Source: Azolla caroliniana (Eukaryota > Plantae > Polypodiophyta). From it: DNA of 64,000 bases. Location: assembly GCA_043228905.1 (NCBI GenBank), contig JBHGNT010000004.1, positions 3,844,001-3,908,000 on the forward strand. The letters are read 5' to 3'. Shown piece after piece: positions 1 through 15,100 of the stretch. A program made the translations under genes and the position numbers. Each line of letters opens with the position of its first letter. Within the stretch, counting starts at the first letter, position 1. A model generated the notes under the pieces. The model had not been told where the DNA came from and did not search any database. It saw only the letters and a list, made by a program, of their open reading frames with translations.

Positions 1-641
1 AGGATTTAGACACCACCTTTACCTTACAGATGTCTAATCAATGATGTATCAATTGTACAATAAACAAATCATATGGATGCCACATGTAGTGGTAACACAC
101 TTATTATCACTATCTTAACTCGAAGATGTTACATCTCCCACATTTTCGTGTTGAATCTCCAAAGAAAAATGCACAAATAATATCAGCTATCATACTAAAA
201 CAAGTTCACACACAAACATTTAATTATACTTACGCATGGTCACAAACTTAACATTCTTGCAGATGCACAGATAAATCCAGGATGAAGATTCAATAGCTAA
301 TGGATGAGACAGAGTTTTGCTGTCAGTACTCATTGGTCTAATCCTTATTTTATTAAACCACAGCACATCTTTGCTACAATGGATCCTCCCTCAATCCTGA
401 TGGAAAGGCAATAAATAGTTCAAGGAAAGATGGGGGAACATAAAAACCTTGCTACAAAACGAGGATTGCAAAAACAGTGGGATACCCATACAATATCTAC
501 TTGGTAAAACCCTCATTATGAATCTACTGGGTTACTAGTTTAATTGCCTAAACATCTACTTGGTAAAACCATCTTTGTGAATTTCTAGGAAACTTATACG
601 CTACATTAATTATATGAAAGATGTTTCCAAAAACAACATAC

Positions 642-753
642 CACACGATACCAATATGTTCCAGTTGGAGGAGCAGGTATGCTGATATCAACCAGGTAGC
701 TATGCGCATTAAATGCAGTATAAATGTCTCCTAGATTTTCCTTTGAATGTAGC
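642..753 (-). CDS. ISA3: ISA3 exon 23 ([17 protein letters not shown]...WYRV)
   Basis: Conserved DIY.AFNAH...P.PP.G..W.RV; ctgcag acceptor, GTATGT donor. Confidence 0.92.
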
Positions 754-3700
754 CTGCAGCATAAGTTCAATTCATATAGATTTACTGCCATGTTGCATGT
801 TTATTTTAGAACAATTCTCAGGACGATACAATTATTCTTGATCCATGCTATGATACAATCATAATTTATCCATGCTACAGACAGAATTACTCTGGTTTGA
901 CCTAATGAACGTAGAAATAAATCAATTCAACGGACAACATTTTCAATTTCCAGAACACCAAAATACCCCACCACTCCACAGAAACTTTATACCTTCAACC
1001 ATATTCAGCCTTTTATAATATCTTAACAAGAAGAAATTGATCTGAGCAACTCCAAGTAACCCAAAGTTCTTGCTGGAAATGGAAATGAGCAAAATCCTTC
1101 TAAGCCATAAATCACATGGCATGCTGTAGCAACCCCCCTATCTGACTTGTGGTTGACCAAATTCCACAAAGACAATATATACCATATGCTAGACAAAGAG
1201 CAAAACTCTGCTTTCCATGTCCATGAAGATCATATGCTAGACAAAAAATAAACCTCTGCTCACCTCCTGAACCTTACAAAAATGGGTAAATCGTGAAAAC
1301 AATTCATCATCACACCAAAGCGCACAATGATTATTTCTCCCTAAACTTTGGATATGAGAGAAACCCAAAAACAGTTTCCATAGCTTCAGCAACAGTACTG
1401 TAACTTATACCACAAATTTATGTGATACTGAGTCTATAATTTCGAACACTTATGTCTAACATTAAATAAAAACCCATGAATCCAAATGGCATTGGATTCT
1501 TCTCCAATGCACTTGCAAAACAGAAAGCAAAATAATAAAAGAGAACCATTCACAGAAAAGAAAGAGACGCAATGATAAGTTGTTGAAAGCATTGTTCAAA
1601 TGAATTGGTCATTTTTGTATTAGGAGAACAGTAATTGATCCATAGAGATATAAAACTCTAATATTTTGGAGGGATACATGTTCCTGGCCTTGGGAGACAT
1701 AGTTGCACAAGTTAAATACAGAAATGGATTTATAGAGGCAATTGATTGGGTATGGACACATAATAGGGATGCATGTAGAGTGTAGATTCTGCAAAAGGGC
1801 GAGATTGATGTTAATAGAAAAAAATGGCGATCAGAACTACACATGCAAGAGAGAGCACTATCACAGCAGTCACCCTTAGGAATACGTCAAATGATGGGCC
1901 TCATCCTAAAGATCAGTATGCATATAGTGATGCAAACTGCTGTGATTATGATAGAGGAGTATTTGGTCATCACAACATTGACGGTTGGATTTCACATATC
2001 ACCACATGCTTACATGAACTCAACCTTGAGACATTTCTCTACTCTTCCTGGACAACCAAAAGCCACTATCAGATATAATATAGTCAAAGTTGGGATGCAG
2101 ATGACTTTCAATTGGGATCAGCTCTGCTCAACCAGATGGGTTTCTCACATTCCAAGATGGACATCATTGGTTGAATGAAATGAAACTATGTAAGACAGAT
2201 GAAGTTTCTAGTGATTAAGCTAGCTTAACGCAAGCATCAATAGAAAGAGCTGCATCCTGAGTATGGAAAATTTGTACACAATCAACAAGCTGGAAAATCC
2301 ATAGAACTTAAAGCTACCAAAGTGGCAGATCTGAAGAAAGATAAACCGTATTCATGGCAAACCATACGAAATTGCTAAAAGACTGATCAAACAAAAGCAA
2401 TAGACTTTAGACAGACTGTGATGGCAAAAGAGATTGATATAGCAAACCCAAGCCAAGATTTAGCCATACTTTATTATAGTGTGGTAAGAGGACAGAGGAT
2501 TGCACCATTTCAAAAGAATGATCTTTCACCATCCCTCCCTCTCAACCCAGTTGGCAGTGAAGCAAAGAGTGTTCAAACACAGTGAACAGAACATATTAAA
2601 AGCCATCTGATGTGAATGCAAGAAAAATTATTTCAGTATTAAGTGCTGATTAATTTCCTTTATTCAACACTCCACGACGTCCTTAATTGTATTGGAAAAC
2701 AAGTGGTTGTAGCATTACTTTACAAACAGCATGAAATAGATGGTATACTTGCCACTTAATACAGTTTTGAACTTCCTCTGGATGTTCAGAAATTTCTGAA
2801 ACTTAGCTATGCGATCTCATTGGATGGAACAGATCCCAATCTTGCAAGATTTACCAATGCAGTCTAATGAAGCCCATGTTAACCAAAAACAGAATTCTTA
2901 GACACTATCGACTACCTATTACACTCGCAATTATCTGATCCAATAGACTGGGTCTTTGCGTTATCCGAGTAATGTCCAATTATTCTCAAATTTAGATAAC
3001 AATGACTTGACTATCATGCTCAAACTATCACACATCATAGAACAATTAAGTAACCATAAACTGATAATGCTTACGTAAATGCGAGGAAATGGCTATCTGG
3101 ATTCTCCCAATTATCTTCATGCCAGGTCACATCCTCCTGCATCGCCTAACTAAGTGAGCTTAAAGAAATAGATTCAAACCATACTCATGAAGACTGATAA
3201 AATACCTTTCTGAGAAAACTGTCACGACCAAGGAGAGGATTATTCTTACGAAAATGAATAATCTTCCTAAAGAATCTGAAGTGACCATCAGCATTTTTCT
3301 CTAACTGTCATATTAAAACCATCCATTCAATTAGTTAATATGCAAGAAATGAATAGTTTATCCCTCTCATTTCTCTTCTTGATGAAAAACAGTATGATAT
3401 ATGCTAGTTCCACCAATCATGTGCCATTTTCTTTTAGATGAGTTAACCAAAACCAAAACTTCCTGCCATTATGTCTATTGCGGGAGCATTCTACATATAT
3501 TCTCCAAACTGAATCTTTAGATTATCTTTACAACTCAAAACATAGTGAAATTTTATGAAAATATATTTACATTCCCAGAATCTAAAAGAAGACATGCTGC
3601 ACACAAGCATCATACCAATATGGCAAGCCATCCAAATGCTCTAAGTGTTTAGGATGAGGATTGATTGGGAGGTATGAATATGAATTAGAGCTTTATGAAA

Positions 3701-6700
3701 CGGATGTAGCAGTTTATAGTAAAGGTGTAATCGGAAAGTCAATGAGTAGCTGTAGCATATCAATAGTTTTTAGCAGGGCAGGGGAGACGTGTATTATAGA
3801 TCGGATGTGATCTGAACCATGATATTTTAAATTCCTACGAATATGGATATTTTACAATCTCAAAAGATTATCTATTAGGAAGTTGTATGGTCCCAGGATG
3901 TTATTTATCAAGGTTACAGGGACAAGTCATTGCCAGGAATTGCCGGTTACAGAAATTTGATGAGGGGGATTTGGGACAGAATTACTAAATTCTAGTGGCA
4001 TCAGCTATGGAGAGATAGATAGATAGATATTTTCTAGCATCCATAGAAAGATCATCATTAGGAAGTTGTATGGTCCCAGGATGTTATTTATCAAGGTTAC
4101 AGGGACAAGTCATTGCCAGGAATTGCCGGTTACAGAAATTTGATGAGGGGGATTTGGGACAGAATTACTAAATTCTAGTGGCATCAGCTATGGAGAGATA
4201 GATAGATAGATATTTTCTAGCATCCATAGAGAGGCCAATATTGACCCATGAGACTTAAGTACAAAAGTTATCTTGATGTGAATCTCCTTCCTAAGAAGGG
4301 ATATTCATACTTTGAAGCACCAAGTCTCGGTGTGCGAATAAGGCATACATATATGAGCTCAACCTTCTAGGTGTTCTCTTTAGTATGATACTCAAGTCGT
4401 CACCCCCTCTTAATATATCATCATCGTTTCTATAGGAAGAGTATGTAAAAAGCAAGTGTTATTCATCCTCTACTAGCCCTACCTTGCATATCTTACATGT
4501 CTTTATATTTGGCTGATTTTGATTCCATAATGCAACTTCAATACCTAGGTTGTGTGATCGAGTGTGAAGGAGTGTTCGGGCTCTACGAGAGTTAATACTC
4601 ATGTTAGTAATGAGGTAAGGTTGAATACGATCAATAGGCCTTCTTGCCTTATATAGAACCTAACATTCATGATTGATGTTTGCAATGTAATACTCTAATT
4701 TTGTACTTTTAGCATCTTTCCACTTCTTCCTTAGTGGGTCCATTATTCTCTCCTCAATAGCCACATATTTCATAGCATCACTTGAAAGCTCTAGGAGATC
4801 TTCCACATCCCATCTTTTGAACCATTTTTTGATGCCAATTACCCAACTAGATGAGAGAATTTTGCTCTTATGATTCTTTTGTAGTTTACATCCAACATTC
4901 CAAGCAAGATGTGGTAATCTATGATTTGGCATATTCTTGACTTTTTTTAATGTATCTATATTCTCTCTGTAGCACCAATATCTCTATAGGTTGAACAGCT
5001 GTTTCCAAGAGCATACCTTGATAGGAGGTGGTGGATTTTACTCCCAATTGATTCATGTAGAATTTAATTTTCAGATTTAGGGCTTCTGGGAGAATCTAGG
5101 ATTCTAAAATCTGAAGAAACTTAGCTGAATATCCATCTTATCCATTTGAGGTCGGTTTGACACTGAAATAGGGATAAACTAAGAATTAGGAGCTGGTTCT
5201 GTTTTTTAGGATTTGCGCTTGGACATAGCAAGAATTTGCCAACTGTGCCATCAAGAATTTGGCCCACTATGCGAGGTAATGAAATATGAGGATCAACGGT
5301 GCCTAGGGTTGTTCTTGCTAGAACTAAGATACACGGAAGAGTTATTGAAGGAAAGCAATGCAACCGCGCAAGCTCATCAACAAAGAACAATCAGAACTTT
5401 CTTTAACACCATCAACCTACTAGAAAGGCCCTTAGGCTGCTCCTATTAAATTAGAAAAACATTCTTAAATAATATAATATTTTCTGATTTTTGTTAGAGT
5501 TGAGCCGTCTCGTTTAAAGAACTGTACTACAACTCCTAAAAGAATATCTTGTACATTGAATGGGATCCTGTGGGCTTTTGTTTTGCAGAACTGCTTCTGC
5601 TTTCTTTAATCTCTCCTATGTGCTAGATCCATAATCGTTTTTAGTTTCTATATCTCTGCCTTTAGATATTTCAGAAAAATGTCTTTATACTTGCACATCT
5701 CTACAACTAGTATTGGAGCAAGCATTGCATCCTTTTATGAGATCCATTGCTTAGTATCCCACCTTGAGTAAGTGGGAGTATCATTTTCATTTCTGTTTTG
5801 TATTCTTTTTAACATGACAAATACATCTGTCAATGTTGGGGAAGAAGTCAGGAAATTTGATGGCACTAGATTCAACCTTTGGAAGGTTAGAATGGAAAGC
5901 ACACTTTACTTACAAGGATATGCAAAAGCATTGGAGTATAATAAAACAGTTGGTATGGATGATGCCACTTGAAACTACTCAATTGTTAAGGCAGTTGCCC
6001 ACATTTACATGGCAGTAGCAGATGAAGTTTTAGGAAAAATCAAGGGGCTGACTAGTGGTCATGAGGTATGGAGCAAACCAAAGACTACATAATAGTCAAC
6101 CACAGCAGTGAATCATGTTCACTTGATGAGAAGGCCCATGGCTGCACGGCTTGAAGTTTCCAAGTCTGCCGCTGAACACATTTCAACATTCAACGGTCTA
6201 CTCAATCAGCTTTAAGATGTGGGATTGCAAATCTTTGACGACAAAATCAAGACAGTCTTTTTACTCATGACATTGTCTGAAACATGGGAAGCTCCTGTAT
6301 TCTCACTCTCAAATAGTGCAGTCTTACATTTGATGGAGTTAAGAGGGGCAATCCTTAATGAAGAAATTTACATCAAAAAGCAAGTGGGAAGTCTTCTAGT
6401 TCTGCCAACATAACAAGAGGGAGAGCTGCAACAAAGAATGCACCAATGCAAAGGTCTAGTAGCAAAAGCAAAGGGAAAGATATCACTTGATTTCAATGTG
6501 GCCATAAATGGCATAAAAAGCCTGATTGTAGATTTAACAAACAAAGATACAACAGAAAAGAAAGATGATATAGAGAAGGAAAAGAGAAGGAGAAGGCAAA
6601 CATAGCCTCAGGTGTCATCATTGAGGAGATACTCGACACTGAAGACATATTGTGTGCTGCATATATAAGAATTATTAATACAGCTTTAGTAATGCATTTC

Positions 6701-9700
6701 TAGCAATAAAAGATTCTATTATTTAGACTTGGATATTTTGATTTGGGTATTTAGACTTTTGGGTAATTGCCATTGGTGCCTCCTTTCATTGCATCGCTTC
6801 TAGGGAGTGCTTTCTTTCATTCTTTGCAAGTAGATTTGGGAAGGTTTATCTAGGCAATAACCATGATTGCAACATAGAAGGACTTGGCATTGTTAGGGTG
6901 TCCATGGAGAATGGTCAAGATTTGACACTATACCACGTTCGTTTTGTTCCGGGGATAAAGAAGAGCTTATTATCTGTGGGTCATTTCCTGCAAGTAGCTT
7001 TGGGAAGTTTTATCTAGGGAATAACCATGCTTGCAACATTGAAGGACTTGGCGTTGTTAGAGTGTCCATGGAGAATTGTCAAGAGTTGACACTATACCAC
7101 ATTCATTTTGTTCTGGGGATCAAGAAGAGCTTGTTGTCTGGGGGACAGCTTTATTTACAGGGCTATTCCACAATATTCATAGGTGGAGCATGGAAGGTTG
7201 TACATGGTACAAGACTCATCGCCCCGGGCAGCAAGAGAGATTCATTCTATAGCCTCTCAGGTCAAGCTCTTCAGTGATTCATTGCAGTTGCAAAAACAAA
7301 AGATAAGTCATCTGAGTTGAAAGGCCTTGGACATTCTACTCTCTTCTTGTAAGTTGGTGACCAAATGTAACAAGCTTGGTTTTTGCAACAACTGCATTTA
7401 TGGAAACAAGTGAAGAGTTCGTATTACACTAATTCTTCAAGGAAAACAACACCCATGAGCTCATACCCTCTGATTCCAACTAAATCCTTACAAGGTTCCT
7501 TATAATTCTCACTTTCATTGATGATTACTCCAGAAAGTGTAGGGTGTATTTACTAAAGGATAAGCCACTGGGTCTACCGGAGATAGTGAACTTTGTTATT
7601 TCAAGTATACGAGACAAAGATCCCATCACGTAATCGATAGTGCTTGCACCTCCTTTTGGGTTTCAACATGTCAAAGCATCTAATCTGAGCCATTGTGACA
7701 AACCATTTATATCACATATCCATGTGCACTTCCCAATGCTAGAAATGCTTGCCATATTTTGTTACTTCACTCATATCTTGAGCTTCTGGCTTTAGACTAC
7801 TTCTTCTGCCATAACTTATCCACACATAGCCTCAAACATAGTCGTTTGTTTATCTTTAGTTTGTGCATTGAAGTCTCCTAATGGTTCTATATTCCCTAGC
7901 AATCGGCAACATTTGGTTTGAACCGAACTGAACCGCAAAACCACACCTTAACAGCTTAACGGTTTAAACGGTTTGATTCGGTTCAGTTCAGGTTCAAGTT
8001 CTCTGTGTAAATGAGATCAAATGACATAGATTATAATTCCTTTGTGTGTGAGAAATTCTGCATCTAGAATATTTACCAACATATATAAGAAAGCTGTCTT
8101 TATAATGGTTGAGATTTACAATAATTCTTGGTTGGTAAAGGACAAAAACAGAGTCAAAGTGGGTCCAATAATTGATTATGCTTAGCCAACCTGCTTCCAC
8201 TGGAAATGATTGATAGCATTATCATGTCCATAACTATTGTTATTTCCATGCCTTGTATGCGCATACTCATCACCCATAAGCATCATTGGTGTTCCCTATG
8301 TAGTGAGGTGTGGACAACAAAATCAATCAATACCATGAGTATATTAATTGAAATTCCCAAATAATATAAACTACAGTACACAATAGAAACTGCTGAAAAC
8401 TCATCATCCACCTGAGAAATCATGAGTGCAACGTGAAAATTTTTCATCTGGCGAGAACGAAATGAAATTACATTGGCATCAGTAGTGTCACCTGCAAGAT
8501 GCCATTTTCTACTTCATAAGTATTTGGGAAGGCAAAATAATTATCAATACCATAAAGCATAACCACAAAAAATAGTTCCATCACCTTCTACACCACAGTT
8601 CCAGCTGAAATTATCATTGCTTCCATCCATTCCTCCTTCGCCATTTGCATCGTTGTGCTTAAACAATTAAATTAAAACAATATAAGAGCGATGAAAAATA
8701 AATTAATTTAGACAAAAGAAACAATAAGTACCAGTTCCACCTAAGCTCACCTTCTCATTATAGGTGACAAGGTCATATAATGAAAACCCATCATGTGCTA
8801 TGACAAAATTTATGCTGTGGAAGGGTCTCCTCTTGTTTACCTATTGTGAGGTCACGATTAATTGATAGTGGAACAATTCACACAAAATGTAGAGAATATT
8901 GAATGTCCTAGAACAGTATGTTAATAGGGAGCAGGAAAAACAAACATGATACATATCAGCTGATCCACTCAATCGAGTTGCAAAAGATGACTTCAGCCCA
9001 TCATCACCCTGTTGAATTTTACAGAATAAATAATTAGGCACATACTCGAGTGATGAACCAAGAGTGCAAACTTTTGTGATCATTTAGCAAAAACTCGATG
9101 TTTCTGTATTACATGTCAATGATCATTATATTTATAGTTCCAGATTGCAAGATATAAATTGAAATTACTTTTAATAACTGTCAAATATTTACTTCAATAT
9201 TCCTTTTTTGGTTGTACAATCGCCACTCAAAAGTATTCCTTTTAGGCGATTCTTAAATGGTGTCAATCACCACTCAAAAATATTTAACACAATCAGAATA
9301 CGACAATTAGAACCAAAAAATATAGGATGAAGCCATGGATATATAAACTATTCGGAATTCATAACATCAATTAAAAACCCTTATAATTCAGGAAGTCAAA
9401 CTCAACTATGAACATTTCAAGAAAGTGATAATCAGATAATTACCCTTATGAATCTTCGAACATCATCACGATATTTTCCGTTCCATTCTGCCCACCTGAT
9501 TAACCACAAAACAAACCAAACCAAGATTTATCTTGTGAATTAGCAGCACATTATTCAATTTTTACTAATACAACTTACTTGTCCCAATTAGGAAAGCTTC
9601 CCACTTGATAAAGCCCTCCACAATCCCAAGGCTCTGCTATCAATTTACACTTAGAAAAAGCAGGATCCTTGCTGATAGCCTGTCGGCGTATTAGTTACAT

Positions 9701-10038
9701 CCATCCAGGGTGATACAAAACTCAGTTTCATTACGTAAAGGCCCGAAACATACATATTCCATTCATTTATACCAAAACACAAAATATACCCGAATAAGAG
9801 GAGGAGAGCTAAGAGGATTTCCATCAACATCTCTACAGAGTGCGCTCGCTAGATCAAAGCGGAAACCATCAACATGGTATTCATTCACCCTGATTGTTTC
9901 AGAGATGAAAATGAAAAAGGAAGAGTTCAGAGCTTTGGTAAGACACATAAACAGAGAAAAGAAATAGCATTGCCAGTATCCAATAATGCATTCCACAATT
10001 TACATGCACAAACGAAAATATTCAATCTTGTGTAATTA

Positions 10039-10075
<37 letters not shown>

Positions 10076-12146
10076 TGTATATATATATCCTGGTAAATAT
10101 TGTTCTGACTAATGTATATCATCCTTAATCTCTACCTATTTCTATGCCATCTACTGCTGCAATTATTTATTATAAATGTTATTATTTCAACATTGACATT
10201 TGTCCCCCAGAAAATTTAGGTTTCTGCCAGATAATCTAAATGTGAACAGGGTTAATGAAAGAGCAAAAAGATTTTAGTAGCATGTTAACGTGCTAAATGA
10301 TAGGGAGTGAGACCAAGGAAGCAATAGAATGAAAGCTTCATGTTAAGATGAAGGGAATCTTAGACAAATAAGAGAGACAAGAATGAGCATAAGAGGATAG
10401 GAAAGCCATAAAATGACTCTAGTTTGTAACTATGCCCCAAGAAACAAAGGATATGTAAACGACAAGATTCTTACCAATGCTTGAGGCTTTCCAAGACCAG
10501 CTCCATTACAATGGGATGATTGCAGTTAAAGCTGTTTCCTGTTTAAAAATAGCAATTAATGGTAGAATCCTTGCTTTCCTGTAAGTCACCTCAGAAATAG
10601 TACGATCATACCACATCCAGAGAAATTTCTCAATTGTACATAGCTTGATGTATCTACCATGTAGTATGTCTGCCACAAAAATAGCCATATTGGAAGAACT
10701 TCATAAACTCATCCATTGCACTACAATTTAAAGGCAATGCTTCCCTACCCTCAAGTATCCTCTACAAAGACAGAACTTATGCATATGACAGAAAATAGTG
10801 TAATCCTTGCATTAAACTAAAACCTAAAACTTCAGTTTCTTAAAAATACATGATCTATTATGTTGGACACCTAAGTCAACGAACATCCTAATCACTTGCA
10901 TATGAAAAAACCGCTTTCATTAGCAAAGTAATATAGGCATAAACATAAATTATTCTTTAAAAGGAAAAAACATCAAAGTTTAACTACATTTGCACTTCTC
11001 CATGGTACAAAAAGGACAATCAATATATGTAAAAATATAATACAGTATGCAATAACATATTACAATCACGTACTACAATAAAATCAACAGAAACTTACAA
11101 GGTTGTCTATGCCTCGAAATGAAGTTGTGTATGGGAACTCATCATCCGCCTCATTGGTGTGATTGTAAACGACATCCAAAATTACCTAGAATTTGCAGAT
11201 CTCATACAATAATTGATTTTGTTTTACTCAATGCGATTCAAAATCACTCCAAAGCATAACGGCGCTCAACAGCACATCAATAGATGCATACCCATTATCC
11301 ATACCTCAATCCCTGCTTGATGAAGTGCTTTAACCATTTTTTTGAACTCCAATGATGCTGCAACAGGGCCACCTCCGCTACTCGCATATCTACTCATTGG
11401 GGAAAAGAAATTTATAGTAGAATAACCCCACGTGTTAATCTGGAAAAATAAGTATTATACAGCCCAAGCATCACTTAGTACATGACAGTGTTTGCATCAG
11501 GCATAGATATTAGATATTATACGCAGTATAACATAACAATCATCAAGTGTTTATAACATTCATGATAGATTTAGCTCCGTACTTACAATTTATGTCTAAT
11601 CACAATATGTATCAAACAACTAGCAAGATATTTCACAAAGGCACATAGGTTGCCAACAATAAACAACATATAAATTCAAGTGGATGCTAGACTTTCGTCA
11701 CTTGTGCTATGCTTATATCAAACATCAAATAGTTTAGTGCTGTAACCAACAACTTCGTATGTTACTTTGGATCTCTTCCAAGCAGAATATCAGTAGTTTG
11801 GAAACGTGAAATACATGCATCATTAACACACACTCGATACATTCTTCAGTCCCCTCTACACTAGCCACTCCTTTCACAGATCTTGACCCATAACATTGAA
11901 TGTTCAGGCTCCCTATCCTAGAGCTCTACAACCAGAGGAAGTCTGATCAGCACATACCCATGTCTATCTCTTTCACCAGGAAGAATTTGGAACGATACAA
12001 GCTTTACTGATTATGTAAGTACATGAGGCAAGATTTATGTGAAGAGAGATCAGAACATTGAGACATCCATAGTATTTCTTATCATGGCAATATTGTACTT
12101 GGATACATGAGAGTAGATAAAAGCAAGATCCAAGAGGGAAAGAAGT

Positions 12147-12186
<40 letters not shown>

Positions 12187-15100
12187 GATACATACATATA
12201 TATATATATTCATGTGAAGGGAGATCGGAACATTAAGCATTGGTGCCCCATGATATAATCTGGACAGAGACGAGAGCAGCCCCTATAATCACCAAGGCAT
12301 TATTCTGATCAGTGACATGTATCTGACAGCTTTGGGAGCTCCCTAGAGGAAGGTACTCAAGTTGGCCCTTATGTCATCAAGACAACTTGCTAAACATGGA
12401 AACATTCATTGTTGAAATGCAACAATGGTTCAAGTCACATGGCATAAACATAAATGCACTACCCTCGTTCCATTATGGATTGGATTGTCCCCATCTAAAC
12501 ATGACCAAAGTGGAAAATAATAGAGTGATCTGAACTGAAAATATTAACTTGGAAAACAAGCTAACATGGATCAGCCCCAAAATATCATTCGGTACGAAGA
12601 TGGCCCGCTATAAGACTCATTTTTTACACACATCAGAGGATAGATTCATCATCAGGCCCTCTTATATGGACATAAATCTACCTTATGCGCTGTGCAGTGT
12701 GACAGGGCAGCTACGAACTTCAACACATCAGTTAGAGATAGGGTAGGCAGATATGCACAAATACCTCTAGAACAAAGAATTTGCCAACTGTGTCATCAAG
12801 GAGTGGAATCTGAAGAACACTATATTTGTCATTGTAATGTATTTTATGAAATAAGAGGGAGATACCATTGCCTCTATAAACACAGCTTTGGCCCACTATG
12901 CAAGGTAATGGAATATGAGGACCAACAGTGATTGGGACTTTTCTTGCTAGAACTCAACATACATTGGGAAAAGTTGTTGAAGGACCACAGTACAGCCACA
13001 CAAGCTCATCAATCAAGACTTCTTTTATCTGACTTGAGAATCTTACATGTACCTCTAACAAGATTCATTAGTCTCTTTTTAAATTATTTACTTTTTTTAC
13101 TTATTTATATATTTTGATTTTATTGTTCTCAAAGACAAGACAACACTAAAGATGTAATCTCTTGTTTGGTTTTATAGGCCATTTTGGCCTCTTTCATTCA
13201 TTCTTCTTCATTCATAGACATGTGCAAACCTAATTGAAATGACAAGTTGAACTGTCCAAAATCCTCTATAGTTCAAGAATGGTTTTAGAATCTTACAAAC
13301 TCCACTACAATCATTCTTCCTTTCTTTTGAAACCACTGGAGTACACTGATAATTTAAAGCATTAGAGAAAGTACAGTCTACCTTTATTCTATTATCATGA
13401 ATTTACTTGTGCAAAGTAGGTAACAAGGAGTCACAACTCAAAAGAAATAGATAATTTATCCCATCTTTATTCTATAAGCATAGTATTAAGCATTTTTATC
13501 CCCATATTTAAGTATGATGTCATGTCAATGAGTTTATGCATAAAACTCTATGGTCACAATTCTAATTATGAGAGAGGTGAAAGTAGTGTGAATTAACAGA
13601 ATTGAGGAAGATAGTACCATGTGATCACGAGGATTTGGGCGCCTTTGGAATTCAAACTCATCAAATTCAAACACTGGCAATAGCTCCACAGCATTCACTC
13701 CCAACTTAACAAGGTGAGGAATCTAGCACCAACCTTTCAGTAACAAATTATTACCATAGAAATTATGAAAATATTTAATATTAAATGATCCACCTTCAGA
13801 AATTACCTTCTCTATAAGCCCCAAATATGTTCCACGATGTTCTGGAGAAACACCAGAAGATTCGTCCGCTGTAAATGCTCTGACATTCATTTCATAAATA
13901 ACCAAATCTTTCTGTGGTTCAGAAAGAGAAGGAATAGTCCATTCACGAGTATGTATAATGCCATAAGAGAGGAAATTAACCATAAAAGAAATCAGATAAG
14001 CATAAGTCCGTGAGGACACACCTCTTGTATTCGAGCTCGATTATCATCATCATCCCAATCAAATTGGAATGTAAAGTCATATGTTCCTAGAAAACTAGCA
14101 TTCTTTTCTTGTTTATCACCAAAAAAACGGCGTCCATCAATTAGTTTTGCATATGGATCCAGAAGGACTAAATTCTTATCAAATCGATGACCTTTCTCCC
14201 ATCCTTGAGGCCCATCAACACGATAACCATACTTAACTCCATTTAATGGAAGTTCCTATTAAAATTGCAGAAAAATGTATGCAAAACTCAAAAAGCTACT
14301 TAAATAATATATGGCAACAATACACTGCAAAACAATTCTCAGGGATGTCTTCATAGTCATTACTTTCTGTTGGTGCTTATGAATTTGTGTTTTAAACATT
14401 TACATTGAGTTGTTTTCCTTTCACTTCACTATGATGCCAAACATTTAAACGATGTATAAACTTCAATTAGCAAAAACATTGAGCCTGTCTATGTATGCAG
14501 AAAGTAGAAAAAGAAAGTTTGAGTACCACAGTAAGTAAAACTTTCTAAATTTTAAAATATCAAAAACATGTTTCTCATCCATGAAATAAAATAGTTATTG
14601 TACAAGATTTCTTAAAACTACAGATACCTCAATGCAGACATGCCATATGTTGCTCGTCTTATTAGTTGATGGATTCAACACAATTTCTATCTCCGACTCC
14701 AATCCATTTAGCACTGGAAATCTGGTTGATATAGAATGCGTTTGTTAGAGGCTAAAAAAGGCTTAATAAACCTCACAGGTTGGATGACTGACAGTCATTT
14801 ATGCATGAAAATTATTTGGATCATGATTCGTCACAAATAATATGCCAAACTGATGGAAGGCACAGATTGTAGTTGGGATTGCCCCCCTGGACATGTTATC
14901 TGGTAGATTAAAATTCAACATAAAAAATTAATTCATAAAGAATAGGAATTAGACGACACATAATTAGACTTTGTTTAATAAAAAAAGGTGAAGGAAAGAG
15001 TATACTCATAGGGGCACAAATTACAGCTGGAATAGACTCCATGGATGGTGCTCAAATGCTGTAATCGGACAAATTACTTCACATAGAGCAAGGATTAATT

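Noticed and set aside
1-641. Final ISA3 exon and stop codon
   Set aside because: No VDTNL.SP.D-like sequence found; the exon must lie beyond the window edge.
475-1260. Small 30-40 bp direct repeats (~495/553 and ~1183/1231) and (TA)n/(CA)n tracts at 10042, 12151 and 21589
   Set aside because: Ordinary intronic slippage products with no sign of function.
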